Shown here piece after piece: positions 12,580-24,629 of a stretch of DNA of 64,000 bases (positions within the stretch are counted from its first letter, which is position 1; each line of letters opens with the position of its first letter). The DNA is from Heptranchias perlo. Lineage: Eukaryota. Position numbers and translations under genes: made by a program. A model generated the notes under the pieces. That model saw only the letters and a list, made by a program, of their open reading frames with translations, made no database searches and was not told the origin of the DNA. The stretch is taken from assembly GCF_035084215.1 (NCBI RefSeq), contig NC_090348.1, positions 39,494,001 to 39,558,000 of the forward strand. Reading direction: 5' to 3'.

Positions 12580-13120
12580 CATAATTTAACCCTTTAAGCC
12601 CTGCTATCATTCTGGTGAATCTATATACTGGAACCTTTCCAAGGCCAATATAGCTTTCCTGAGGTTCGGTGTCCAAAGCTGAATACAGGTCTCGAGCTGA
12701 GGTCTGACCAAGGCTCTGTACGACTGAAGCATCACCTCCTCACTTTTGAATTCCAATCCCCTTGAGATAAAGGCCAACTTTCCATTATCCTTTTTGATTA
12801 CTTTTTGTACCTGTGCACTAGCTTTTATTGACTTGTGGACATGGACACCCAAATTTCTTTGCTCCTCCACAGCTCCTAGCCTCTCACCATTTTTTGTTAA
12901 AAAATTCCAATTTGTCTTTCTCAAATACAAAGTTTGATGACCTCACACTTCCCCCACATTGAGCTCCATCTAAGAACATAAGAACATAAGAAAAAGGAAT
13001 AGGAGTAGGCCATTCGGCCCCTCGAGCCTGCTCCGCCATTCAATATGATCATGGCTGATCATCTACCTCAACTCTACTTTTCCGCCCTATCCTCATATCC
13101 CTTGATTCCTTTAGTGTCCA
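12580..13120 (-). mobile_element. CR1 LINE fragments (RT C-terminus plus a separate 3' tail)
   Basis: Minus ORF 12607-12930 (LGVHVHKS..LAFISRGLEFKS..LVRPQLE). The (AAGAACAT)n tail at ~12972 is the reverse complement of a CR1 3' end. Confidence 0.85.
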
Positions 13121-13342
13121 AAAAAAACCTGCCATAGTTTTGCCCAATAGTTTTACAACAAACATTCCTCGTGACCAGTATAGCGACTGTAAACCTTTAT
13201 TGTTCGAAGCAGGATGTTCCTGGAATTGAGCCTGTCTCAGAGGTCCCAAAACAGTGATGATGCTCTTTAAGTTAACTTTAGCTCGCAGCTTCCTTATTTC
13301 ATAAACATGTCCCCTTCTGTATTGTGTTTTGTTTTCAACTGA

Positions 13343-13785
13343 GTCTTGGCTCAGTGGTAGTACTCTCACCTCTGACGTAGAAGGTTGTGGCTTCAACAGA
13401 ATTCAGCACAAAATCTTGGCTGACACTCCAGTGCAGTACTGAGGGAGTGCTGCATTGCGGAGGTACCGTCTTTTGAATGGGACATTAAACTGAGGCCCTG
13501 TCTGCCCCCTCAGGTGGACGTAAAAGATACCTTGACTTATTTGAAGAGCAGGAGAGTTCTCCCAGTGTACTGGCCATCATTTATCCCTCAAAGAACATCA
13601 TTACAAAAACAAATTATCTGGGCATTTATCTCATTACTGTTTGTGGGACCTTGCTGTGCGCAAATTGGCTGCTGCATTTCCCTACATTACAACAGTTACT
13701 ACACTTCAAGAGTACTTGATTGGCTGTAAAGTGCTTTGGGACATCCTAAGGTCATGAATGCTGCTAGATAAATGCAAGTTTCCTT
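13343..13785 (+). mobile_element. Full-length Deu-type SINE
   Basis: Head TTGGCTCAGTGGTAGTACTCTCACCTCTGA and tail AAATGCAAGTTTC; homologous to 2695-3167. Confidence 0.8.
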
Positions 13786-14408
13786 TCCTTTATTAGCCGA
13801 GGCATAGAATATAAGAGCAGGGAGGTTATGCTGGAACTGTGTAAAACACTAGTTAGGCCACAGCTTGAGTACTGTGTATAGTTCTGGTCACTACATTACA
13901 GGAAGGATGTAATTGCACTAGAGAGGGTTCAGAGGAGATTTGCGAGGATGTTGCCAGGACTGGAGAATTTTAGCTATGAGAAAAGATTGGATAGGCTGGG
14001 GTTGTTCGCTTTGGAACAGAGGAGGCTGAGGGGTGATTTAATTGTGGTGTACAAAATTATGAGGGGCCTAGATAGGGTGGATAGGAAGGACCTATTTCCC
14101 TTAGCAGAGAGGTCAATAACCAGGGGGCATAGATTTAAAGTGATTGATAGCAGGATTAGAGGGTAACTGAGGAAAAATTTTTTCACCCGGAGTGTGGTGG
14201 GGGTCTGGAACTCACTGCCTGAAAGGGTGGTAGAGGCAGAAACCCTCAACTCATTTAAAAAGTACCTGGATGTGCACCTGAAGTGCTGTAACCTAAAGGG
14301 CTACAGACCAAGTGCTGGAAAGTGGGATTAGGTTGGGTGGCTCATTTTCGCCCGGCGCGGACATGATGGGCCGAATGGCCTGCTTCTTTTAAATTTTCTA
14401 TGATTCTA
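13784..14408 (+). mobile_element. CR1 LINE 3' fragment
   Basis: Encodes ..MLPGLENFSYEKRLDRLGLF..RGDLI..YKI; ends TTCTATGATTCTA. Very similar to 35020-35614 and 39077-39547. Confidence 0.9.
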
Positions 14409-15924
14409 ATTCTTTCTTTAAACTGGGAATAGAGCACTTAACGGAAAGCAATTTTAGTTTAAACCTCCAAGCCTCAATTTTCACTCGGGGCGCATTTGGG
14501 TGGGAGGGCAACCCCCCCACGGACTCCTCGGCATGAGGCCAGGGCCATTTTAACTACCGGGCCTGATTTAACTATTTCAGCGCCTGTCTCTCACCCGGAA
14601 CCGACGGGAATGACGCCATGGTCGGTGGACGGGAGTGGGAAATGGGGCAGGGTCCAGAGACTGCCGGGGGCCGTAGGAAATGATCCCCGGCAAGGTTAGT
14701 AACGCTGGAGCGGGTCCCAGGCCCTGTAATAGGTCAATTACCCTTCATAATTACTTCTTTGGCTGGAATATCAAACAGCTCTTTAGTTTTGAAAGACAAA
14801 GTTCATTTGGTTCCATCTTAAAATTATAAATGTTCTAGTAACAGCTTATCATAATCATGCTGTAACTTTCAAGTAGGGAATTCAAAATGATTACACATCT
14901 AAATCAATCACCAGAAACTTGGCCAAACTACTGTAAGGTTTGAAACTCTAGCTTTTAACTCTCAATTCTTTCAAATCCGTTGTCAGAAGAACTTAACAAT
15001 ATTACATTCAGACATACAACTGAGCATGCTACATACAAATATATGGACAACTATATGATGCAAGTCCAAAACTCAAACAAACCAACGTGAGCATTGCACT
15101 AACTTGTCTACAGCGTTGCAAATATAATTTACAAGTCATTATCAATCAATAGGACGGGCCACTTTGGCCTTTTGATCAACAGACACTGTCTGTTCTTTAA
15201 ATAAAGCTAAAACAAGCAACGGAAAAAATTTGTGCCGGTAATTTACATTGTCATTTCAAGTCAAAATGAAAGGCTTATCCTTAAATTATTGCCATCCTGT
15301 AAGGGCGGTGAATGATTTTGGGAGCTGCGCAGAACAGCCTCAGCTGTTACCAGTAGCAACCACATTATGGCGCCAGGCCACGGTACTGCAGTGTTTGCGA
15401 TGGTACTTGTCCTTGGAGCATATCTGTCTTAATGAAACAATGCAAGGCAACAATAAAAAGAGATTTGTTTCATTAAGAAGAATTGCTTTAGCAGCCGCAA
15501 AGTACAAGGAGCATCACAAGCAATCAGTGCAAGAAAGAGGCACGGATGAAGGAGATATCTGGAACAGGTCTGAGAAGCGGATAGCCATCAACATCTCAGC
15601 ATGTAGACACCATTCCATTATGGAAAGGAATGATCTCATCTGTAGCACAGTTTAAGTGTTTTATAATGACATTTCAAATCGTCCTACTCATACTCTTGGA
15701 CTGTAGGCCAAGAGCACTGGAACCACGGTCGGTTTCTGCAAATGTAAATTTATTTTGTGTTTGCTTCTCATTGAAGTAAAACATCCTGAGAATTTCAGCA
15801 GCAACTCCTGTTGCCAACAGAAAACCTCCTCCATTCTGCTGCTCCCCTGCCTCCTCCCCACACACCCCTCTTCCCATCTGTGCTGCTATTGTCATGCCTT
15901 CGTAGCTCCAGATTCTTGAGCTCA

Positions 15925-16403
15925 AACAACACTTAAGAAGCTCGACACCATCCAGGACAAAGCAGCCCGCTTGATTGGCACCCCATCCACCACCCTAAAC
16001 ATTCACTCCCTTCACCACCGACGCATTGTGGCTGCAGTGTGTACCATCCACAGGATGCACTGCAGCAACTTGCCAAGGCTTCTTCGACAGCACCTCGCAA
16101 TCCCACGACCTCTACCACCTAGAAGGACAAGAGCAGCAGGCACATGGGAACAACACCACCTGCACATTCCCCTCCAAGTCACACACCATCCCGACTTGGA
16201 AATATATCGCCGTTCCTTCATCGTCGCTGGGTCAAAATCCTGGAACTCCCTTCCTAACAGCACTGTGGGAGAACCTTCACCACACGGACTGCAGCGGTTC
16301 AAGAAGGCGGCTCACCAACACCTTCTCAAGGGCAATTAGGGATGGGCAATAAATGCCGGCCTCGCCAGCGACGCCCACATCCCATGAACGAATATAAAAA
16401 AAA
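15925..16403 (+). mobile_element. 3' fragment of a second CR1-group LINE family
   Basis: Near-identical to 24155-24629 (LDTIQDKAA.LIG..LNIHSLHHRR); ends in an A-tract. Confidence 0.9.
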
Positions 16404-16615
16404 GCTCTTGTTCTCATTATTCGCTTTATTCTCGCCGTATATGCTCCACGGATGAGATGTCAATGATCAGGACCCTGGACTGGCTCAATGGCTCAATGGG
16501 TGAATGCACCGACCAGTGTGGTGGTGAGCCACGTAGAACAGAAAAAGTCCTCTGTTGGGTGCTTGGGCTAGGCTGAGTTAGCTCATCTGAGCTGGGGTGG
16601 TGAGGAGGGCACTGT

Positions 16616-16785
16616 GGGGTAGAAATCCGTCTTGGCCGACCGTGCTAAACGGGCAGTTTTACGTCGGCCGCCTGATATTCAGTCCGACCGAAGGCAACGG
16701 AACTGAATGTTGAGCAGGGAGTGCAACGGGCGGCCGATACCATACCACCCATTTTGCGTTACTGCCCCAGACAAATTTCTACCCC
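16616..16785. mobile_element. Harbinger-like MITE nested in a family-C SINE
   Basis: Terminal inverted repeats GGGGTAGAAAT / ATTTCTACCCC; SINE sequence continues on both sides. Confidence 0.7.
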
Positions 16786-18449
16786 TTTAACCAGCTTGAG
16801 TGTCCCTAGGCTCGGTGTTGGAGGGAGTTGGGGGGGTGGGGGGGTGGCTGGAGAATCATCCAGTAAACCCTGCTGGAAAATGCATTAGAGCCACAGAGCA
16901 GAATATTCTTACCATGCAACTCTGATTGCAACGTATAGTTGTCCGTATATTTGTATGTAGCGTGCTTGCCATAGATGACATTTCCATGGTACCAACAGCA
17001 TGAGACCTATCTTGTTCCATGGAGTATTTGATCATCTTTGTCCACATTTATCCACATAACCTTGTTAAAAAATACATATTTTTGAACCATAGCTTCAGAA
17101 AGTAGATTTTCACCCCCCTCCCCCCCCCCTCAACTCTCTGTATTTCCTCTCACCCCACCCCTGTTAGGGTGAAGGAGTCCACCAAAAAGTCATCGTCAAT
17201 TCCACTGATTGGTTGACCTGAGAGGAAGCATCCTTGAAAGGTTCAACAATGGACCCCCAAACCCTTCTCCCACTACAGTTGCCACCTGCCCAGTTTTGTA
17301 AATGTAATCAGAGCGCCAGGAATACTATAAACAAATGTCCAATTTTATTCTATCTATTTCCTAATGATATGAAGACACTATTAATTATTACAGTCACTAA
17401 GGTTTTTCATCATCAGCAAGCCACCATGAGAACTTAGGTCATGATCCCATCTCCAACCTGGGGAAGAGATGGCAACTCCTCCGCCACTGCTCACGAAACC
17501 TGGGGTTGCTTTAAGACAGTACATTGTAGTTACATAAGATCCAGCAGAGGGAGCTAGCTGGGGAGGTGATGCTATCATTCATTCATTGAGCAGGAAGTTA
17601 GAACATGTGCTGCTGAATGGAATGAAGATGGCGATCTTGTAAGAGGAGTGGTTTCTCTTCAGTTCTGCTCTGATCCCAGTTCCGCACATGCAGCAACTGC
17701 CCAGGTGAGACCAAAGGGACTTGGGCTGAGAACGTGTGCAAATCAGGAGTGTGGTTGAACTCTGGGCCTGCAGTCATCATTCTGTTTGTTTTAATTACCA
17801 GGCTACTGGCGAGTTCACCTCCGATAAGGTTCTCTGCAGTGCCATTAGGAAGCACCAGGGAGATGATACGGATTTGTGCAAGTGGTTGGCTTTAGGGGAC
17901 AAATCAACATTAAGAAGTTAATGGAAAAGTTGATGCCATTGACAAAATAGGAAGGACACAATCATCCAGCTGCTAGACAATAATTGATTCTTACTCCTTT
18001 ACCTCACTCTTTTATTAAGCACTTGAACATGTACTTTGCCCTTATGCAGCATTTCCCTTTTTTCACCAGGCTGTCAGTCATCTCCCCCTAATTCATCTCC
18101 TGCTACTGCCTTGGTGCCCGTTTCTCCTCCTGAGAAGCTCCTTGGGATGTTTATTATGTTAATGACAGCGTACAAATGCAAGTTGTTACCGACGGAGCAG
18201 GTGCAAGGCCGGACGATTGTCAATACTCTGTACAGCTTTCAGAGCATCTGCAGGAATTATCTGCAAATGTTTTAATTGAGGATGTAATCAGTGCAGCTCT
18301 GATTTTTAAAAAAAAAGAATTGTAAACAAACCGATTCCCGGTAGAGCCACATGAAAGGTACTACATTAAATACTTGTAATTACAGTAAAAACCACAGGAA
18401 TGTGAAGTAGAAAATGGGACTGGAAAATTAGGTGTTTAAAAATTGGAAA

Positions 18450-20110
18450 CCACAGAACCATAGAAGTTTACAACACTGAAGGAGGCCATTCGTCCTATTG
18501 CGTCTGTGTTGGAGCAATCGAAAACTAATCCCACTGCCCTGCTGTCCAACTGTAACCCTTATCTTCCTCTGCTTCAAATCTTTCTCCACTCATCCCTTAA
18601 ATGGTCGCTGCCTTAACTATTCTCTGTGGCAAAGCATTTTGTGTTCGAACAATTCTCTGCAGCAAGAAATTTCTCCTAACCAATCTCATTCTCTAACAAA
18701 AACTTTAAATAGATGATCTCCTTATCATTGACTTTCCAACCAAAGGAAATAGATTTTCCCTATTCATCTCATCTAAATCCTTCATAATTTTAATCCTTCT
18801 ATTAAATTTCCACCTCTCTGCCTCAGTGGAAATAGTCACAATATCTCAAGTCTCACCTGTAGGAAATTTTGGGTCTTTCCCAGAGATTCGTGGACCTGGA
18901 CAATAGTTGAGACAAAGAAAGCCAACCTGATGCGGTAGTTTTGTTAATCAAAGTGATTATTTATTTAATGATTTATAAAGAGTACATAAGCAAGCATGAA
19001 GCAAAGTGAGCAAGTAGCACATACAACCTTTATAAAGCATCAAGGCAGCCGTCTAGGTCTAGACAAAGAGTGTCGATCGCTACGGTAACAGGTGCATCGT
19101 GGAGGGTTGATATGTCTGGGTTCCTTGTCTCATCAAAATTTTCCTCTTTGTTCCAGTTCAGTCGTAAAGTATTGAAGTTTTGTATCTTCTTGTCAAGGTT
19201 TGTCTTCTCATCAAAGTTTAGAAACAAAGTTCTTTTGTCAAAGTTCGGAAGCAAAGGTTTTTTGTCATGGTTTAAAAGTACAGTCTGTTTGTCGCAGTTC
19301 AGAAGTAAAGTTTTATTTTGTCAAAGTTTAGAAGCAAACTATTGTTGGAGGAGCTAATTGCAGAAGTTGTGCAACTGTTGCTCCAGTAATATTGACTGTT
19401 TGAGCTTCCACGCTGTCCTATTTTGACATGGTTTTTTTAGCTGACAGGGTGTGCTTCGAGTTACAGGAAGGCCCAGTTTGGCCACTCACCCATCGTAGCA
19501 TTAATGATGGATGGTTGGTTCTACCAGTCAAGAACCGTGTGAACCCCCTGTATCTGCTTCTTTTGTTTGAGAACAAGGTTGTTGTTGAGCACCAAAGAAC
19601 CAACGTCGTTAGAACCTTCTCGAAGCTTCTGCCTTTCCTGCTTATCAGTTGTTATTGAAAACCGCAGCTTGTTGATGATTTTGTACTCTGCTGCTTTTGC
19701 AGCTTTAAACTGATGTTCAAGTGTCCAGTTTAAACCGTCTGCACTTTGCTGTCTTTGCAGTTGTGAACTTATACTGTCCAAATGTAATGTCAAGGGATGA
19801 GTTAACCCTTGCTTTCAAATGTACTGTCCAAGTGAATGTCCAAACCCTTAAAGGGACTAGTTAACCCTTTACGTTGAATCGTCCAGCAGTTCAAAAGAGT
19901 AAAATGGGGTCTGACCCAATGTCCAAAAACTGTACACATCACACCACACAACTATAGTTGTTCATCCCTGGTATCATTCTAGTGAATCTACACTGTATGA
20001 TCGCGATGGCGTTAATGTTCTTTCTACAGCAGAATACCCAAAATCTCACAGTGCTCTGACTGTGGCCCAACCATTGCCTTCTACAGATTTAACATAACCT
20101 GTTCCTATGC
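18450..20110 (-). mobile_element. Diverged CR1 3' fragment interrupted by the solo LTR
   Basis: Reverse CR1 tail (AGAACCATAGAAG..GGAGGCCATTCG) at ~18455. CR1-like sequence resumes after 19945 (ATCCCTGGTATCATTCTAGTGAATCT). Confidence 0.7.
18858..19941 (-). mobile_element. Solo LTR (ERV1/epsilon-like or Gypsy), 1084 bp
   Basis: TG...CA termini flanked by the 4-bp direct repeat CACC (18854-18857, 19942-19945). Minus-strand AATAAA at 18960-18965, about 100 nt from the end. Internal ~27-bp tandem repeats. It splits a CR1. Confidence 0.8.
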
Positions 20111-20334
20111 TTAGAGCCAGATTAAGAATTCTTTGGGACCTGGGCACCAACAACATTCGGGACCCCTCTCACAGTTCCCCACTCCAATCCGTTAATACAC
20201 AAGTGTAGTAAAATGCATGAAGAAATAGGCCCATAGAACATTTACACACTGCATTAATAATAAAGCAAATCAGATCACATTGTACTAAGTTTGTACCTCT
20301 GCATTTCGCCTCTTTTTGTCCAATATATACTTGC

Positions 20335-20470
20335 ATGGGTGGTCCCGCAGGCACCTGGACGCAAGGGAGGGGGGGGCCCCCAGGCACCTGGACGCGAGGG
20401 TTGGGAGGGAACCCGCAGGTACCTGGACAAGGGGCCCCTGCGCATACCTGGACACGGGGACCCGCAAGTC
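20335..20470. repeat. GC-rich degenerate minisatellite (GCACCTGGACGC core)
   Basis: Four copies of (GC/GT/AT)ACCTGGAC at ~20351, 20384, 20419 and 20445 with G/C runs. Confidence 0.65.
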
Positions 20471-21179
20471 CATGCGTTTATCCGCCGCTGCTCACGATCT
20501 GTGCCCCTGTTTATCAAATCCAAAATGCTATTGCCTTTCTGCTTTATCTACCGCCACTTGAAGTCAATGGAAATAAAAATGAGGCGAGATGTAAAACGGG
20601 CTGCCAACTCGCAATCCCCCGTTTTACACAATCCCACAATGTCAAGACCCACCCCAGTGTCTTTCCAATGAAATGTATGCTCCCATTCCTTATTTTTCCC
20701 CCAATTTGCATTACCTCACACTTTCCATTCAGTTACATCTGCTGTCTACCAGCATTTTGCCAGCACATCGACAGCCTCCTCCAGTTGTTTACATTCCTCC
20801 TCTCTGTTCATCGAACCCCCTACTTTTGTATCATCAGAAAATCCGACATCGTGCTTCTTACACCCTTTGCTGCCTAAATCATATCTTATAAAAGTCCTTA
20901 CAGTTTTTGTTTTATATTATCTACAAGTCTTTTTTTTCATCTTTTGTACCTCCTTTTTCTACATTCCTCATCGTTTTCTTAAATGTTTTTAGCCTTAAAA
21001 CAGATAGCACTCATGAGAGGTGCAATGCCAGACTGGAAGGGGAGATGTTGAATGAAGTCCACCCCTGTGTTCTCCAATTTACATAAAATATCTGGATAGC
21101 GAAACCAGTTGTATACTGGTAAAATTTGTTGAAGACCATAAAATAAAGAGAGATGCATAGACAGAGGGTGAAGCAAGAG

Positions 21180-22130
21180 GATTTGCAGAAGGATTTTGGT
21201 CAATTATGCAACTGGGTAGACAAATGAGACATGAAATTTTAACATCGATGAATTTAAAGTAATGAACATAGGTTGAAAAAAATGTGGGACGTGGACAATA
21301 AATGGAATAAAATTAACATAGAGGACCCGAGAGTAATAATAGACTCATGACTTTCAATGTCTAGATAATGTGCCAAAGCAATTAACAAACTATTACAGTG
21401 CAAGGAATTTATAGCCAGAACAGTAGAATATAAGTTTACAGAAGCTATTGCTTAGGCTTTACGATGTATCGGGCAGATCACACTAAGATACTGTGTTCGG
21501 TTTTAGTAGCCATTCCACAGAAAAAGATTGCCATGCTTGGGAGATGATTAAAGGATTTGATAGAGTCGGGAGAAACAATTTCATCTGATGGGGGAGTCCA
21601 GAACAAGGGGGCATAACCTTAAAATTAGAGCTAGATCATTCAGGAGTGATGTCAGGAAGCACTTCTTCACACAAATGGTGGTGGAAATCTGGAACTCTCT
21701 CCCCTTAAAAGCTGTTGAGGCTGGGGGTCAATTGAAAATGTCATAGCTGAGATTGATAGATTTTTGTTAGGCAAGGGTATTAAAGGTTGCAGAATCAAGA
21801 TAGGTGGATACAGATCAGCCAATATCTAATTGAATGGCGGAACAGGTTCGAGGGGCTGAATGGCCTACTCCTGTTCCTGTATTCCTATGAAAGCCCATAG
21901 ACTGATCCCAAGTGCAAAGATGATGACCTAAGAGGAAAGATTAAAGAAGCTTTGCAGTCCAGAAAGAAAGTGACTAAATGGGACCTGATTGTATATACTT
22001 CAATCTATTAAATGGTATAGGTAAGGTAAACCCAGACTATTAATTCAAAGTAAGGCAGGAAAGTTGGTCCAGGAACAACAAAAGAAATAAGTGAAAAATT
22101 AATTTAGAACAGATACCAGATTTTAAAAAA
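21180..22130 (+). mobile_element. Old CR1 fragment with a younger CR1 3' end nested at ~21545-21890
   Basis: Degenerate RT C-terminal sequence either side of a better-preserved 3' end finishing CCTACTCCTGTTCCT..TTCCTATG. Confidence 0.7.
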
Positions 22131-22399
22131 AATTTAAATTGTATTGGAATGAGTCAAAACAGCTGCAAATTCTTTGGACTGTCATGCTTGTCAATTTTAG
22201 ATCCATTCCATAACCTTCCAAAACTAATTAACCAGCAATGAGCTCATTAAGAAATGATTACTGTACTTCAATAAAAGGTAATGGGGTAAAATAATATGAG
22301 AAGAGATAGCTGTGCAGAGTAATGAAGGGTTTAACTGCAGGATCACAGAAAGCGCAGCAAAGGGGACATTAACTTAACTGAGAAATGGGTATGATAGCG

Positions 22400-23210
22400 G
22401 AGGAGTTATGGTCCTCGACTAACCATCCAGAGGTTGTGAGTTTCAATCCCAAGATGTTAAACTGTGAAATTTAATTTAATAAAGTGGGTAATTTGCGGGC
22501 TAGCACCAGGAAAAATGGCCATGAAAGCCCAGTATAATAGTGAAAATCCAATTGGTTCACTAAAGTGCTTCAGGGAAGGAAGAAAGAAAGAACGTGCATT
22601 TATATAGCGCCTTTCACAACCTCAGCACTTCACAGCCAATGAAGTACTTTTGAAGTGTTGTCATTGTTGTAATGTAGGAAACACTGCAGCCAATCTGTGC
22701 ACAGCAAGGTCCCTCAAACAGCAGTGTGATAATGACCAGATAATCTGTTTTAGTGACATTGTTTGAGGGATAAATATTGGCCAGGACACTCAGGAGAACT
22801 CCCCTGCTCTTCTTTGAGTCATGCCATGGAATCTCTTACGTCCCACCTGAGAGGGCAGACAGGGCCTCTGTTTAACATCTCATCCGAATGACAGCAGCTC
22901 CCACCCCCTCAATACTGCACTGAATTGTCAGCCTGGATTATGTGCTCAAGTCCTTGGAGTGGGACTTGAACCCACAACCTTCTGATTCAGAGGTAAGAGT
23001 GGTACCAACTGAGCCATGGCTGACACCAGGCGGAAGGGACCCTGCTATCATTGCTGGTCTGGCCTAAAGTGATCCTAGTCCATTCTACACTGTTGATTCT
23101 TCACACCCTCTGTGGGCAAGACACTAAGTTGTATCAACAGTTGCTCAGGGCAACTAGAGATGGGCAATAAATGCATCCCTGCCTGTGTCACTCACATTGC
23201 AAGGACAAAA
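22400..23210 (+). mobile_element. SINE of the 3660-4075 family interrupted by a Deu-type SINE
   Basis: Head at ~22405-22460; tail GGGCAACTAGAGATGGGCAATAAATG at ~23148-23175. Confidence 0.65.
22582..23026 (-). mobile_element. Full-length Deu-type SINE (nested)
   Basis: Colinear with 2695-3167 from the (AGAA)n tail to the head. Confidence 0.85.
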
Positions 23211-23363
23211 ATATATTTATTTAAACTTACCGGGGGTGAAATTGGTATACAGCTGTAGCATGAAACAAGCTCACGGCAAATGGGCCAACCATTTTAGTGC
23301 TCCTGGGTCTCAAATGTTACAGTAATAAGGAGAAGGCAGGTTCCTACTCACCAAGAACCTGCT

Positions 23364-24629
23364 TACTGATGCTCAGTTTGGGTTCTGCCAGGTCCACTCG
23401 GCTCCAGACCTCATTACAGCCTAGGCCTAAATATGGTCAAAAGAGCTGAATTCCAGAGGTGGGGTGAGAGTAATTGCCCTTGACATCAAGGCAGCATTTG
23501 ACCAAGTGTGGCATCAAGGAGCCCTAGTAAAATTGAAATCAATGGGAATCAGGGGGAAAACTCTCCAGTGGCTGGAGTCATACCTAGCACAAAGGAAGAT
23601 GGTAGTGGTTGTTGGAGGCCAATCCTTCCAGCTCCAGGACATCGCTGCAGGGCAGTGTCCTAGGCCCAACCATCTTCAGCTGCTTCATCAATGACTTTCC
23701 CTCCATCATATGGTCAGAAGTGGGGATGTTCGCTGATGATTGCACAATGTACAGTTCAATTCACAACCCCTCAGATAACAAAGCAGTCCGTGCCCACATG
23801 CAGCAAGACCTGGACAATATCCAGGCTTGGGCTGATAAGTGGCAAGTAACATTAGTGCCAGATAAGTGCCAGGCAATGACCATCTCCAACAAGAGAGTCT
23901 AACCACCTCCTCTTGACATTCAACGGCATTACCATCGCCAAATTCCCCACCATCAACAACCTGAGCGTTACCATTGACGAGAAACTGAACTGGACCAGCC
24001 ACATAAATAATGTGACGACAAGAGCAGGTCAGAGGCTGGGTATTCTGCGGCAAATGACTCACCTCCTGACTCCCCAAAGCCTTCCCACCATCAACAAGGC
24101 ACAAATCAAGAGTGTGATGGAATACTCTCCACTTGCCTGGATGAGTGCAGCTCCAACAACACTCAAGAAGCTCGACACCATCCAGGACAAAGCAGCCTGC
24201 TTGATTGGCACTTCATCCACCACCTTAAACATTCACTCCCTTCACCACCGGCGCACCGTGGCTGCAGTGTGTACCATCTACAAGATGCACTGCGGCAACT
24301 CACCAAGGCTTCTTCGAAAGTGCTCCCAAACCCGTGTCCTCTACCACCCAGAAGGACAAGGGCAACAGGCGCATGGGAACAACACCACCTGCACATTCCC
24401 CTCCAAGTCACACACCATCCTGACTTGGAAATATATCGCCGTTCCTTCATCGTCGCTGGGTCAAAATCCTGGAACTCCCTACGTAACAGCACTGTGGGAG
24501 AACCTTCACCACACGAACTGCAGCAGTTCAAGAAGGCGGCTCACCACCACCTTCTCAAGGGCAATTAGGGATGTGCAATAAATGCTGGCCTCGCCAGTGA
24601 TGCCCACATCCCATGAATGAATTAAAAAA
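23364..24629 (+). mobile_element. 5'-truncated CR1-group LINE, RT region frameshifted
   Basis: RT motifs QFGF, ALDIKAAFDQVWH, QGSVLGP, MFADD, WADKWQV and RSVMEY-like KSVMEY are spread over three ORFs; 3' UTR and A-tail present. Confidence 0.9.

Noticed and set aside
19150-19342. CRISPR-like array
   Set aside because: Units are contiguous diverged tandem repeats without unique spacers, inside an LTR in a vertebrate genome.
20291-20877. Overlapping 126-180 aa ORFs
   Set aside because: Products of a GC-rich minisatellite, a MITE and antisense CR1 sequence.
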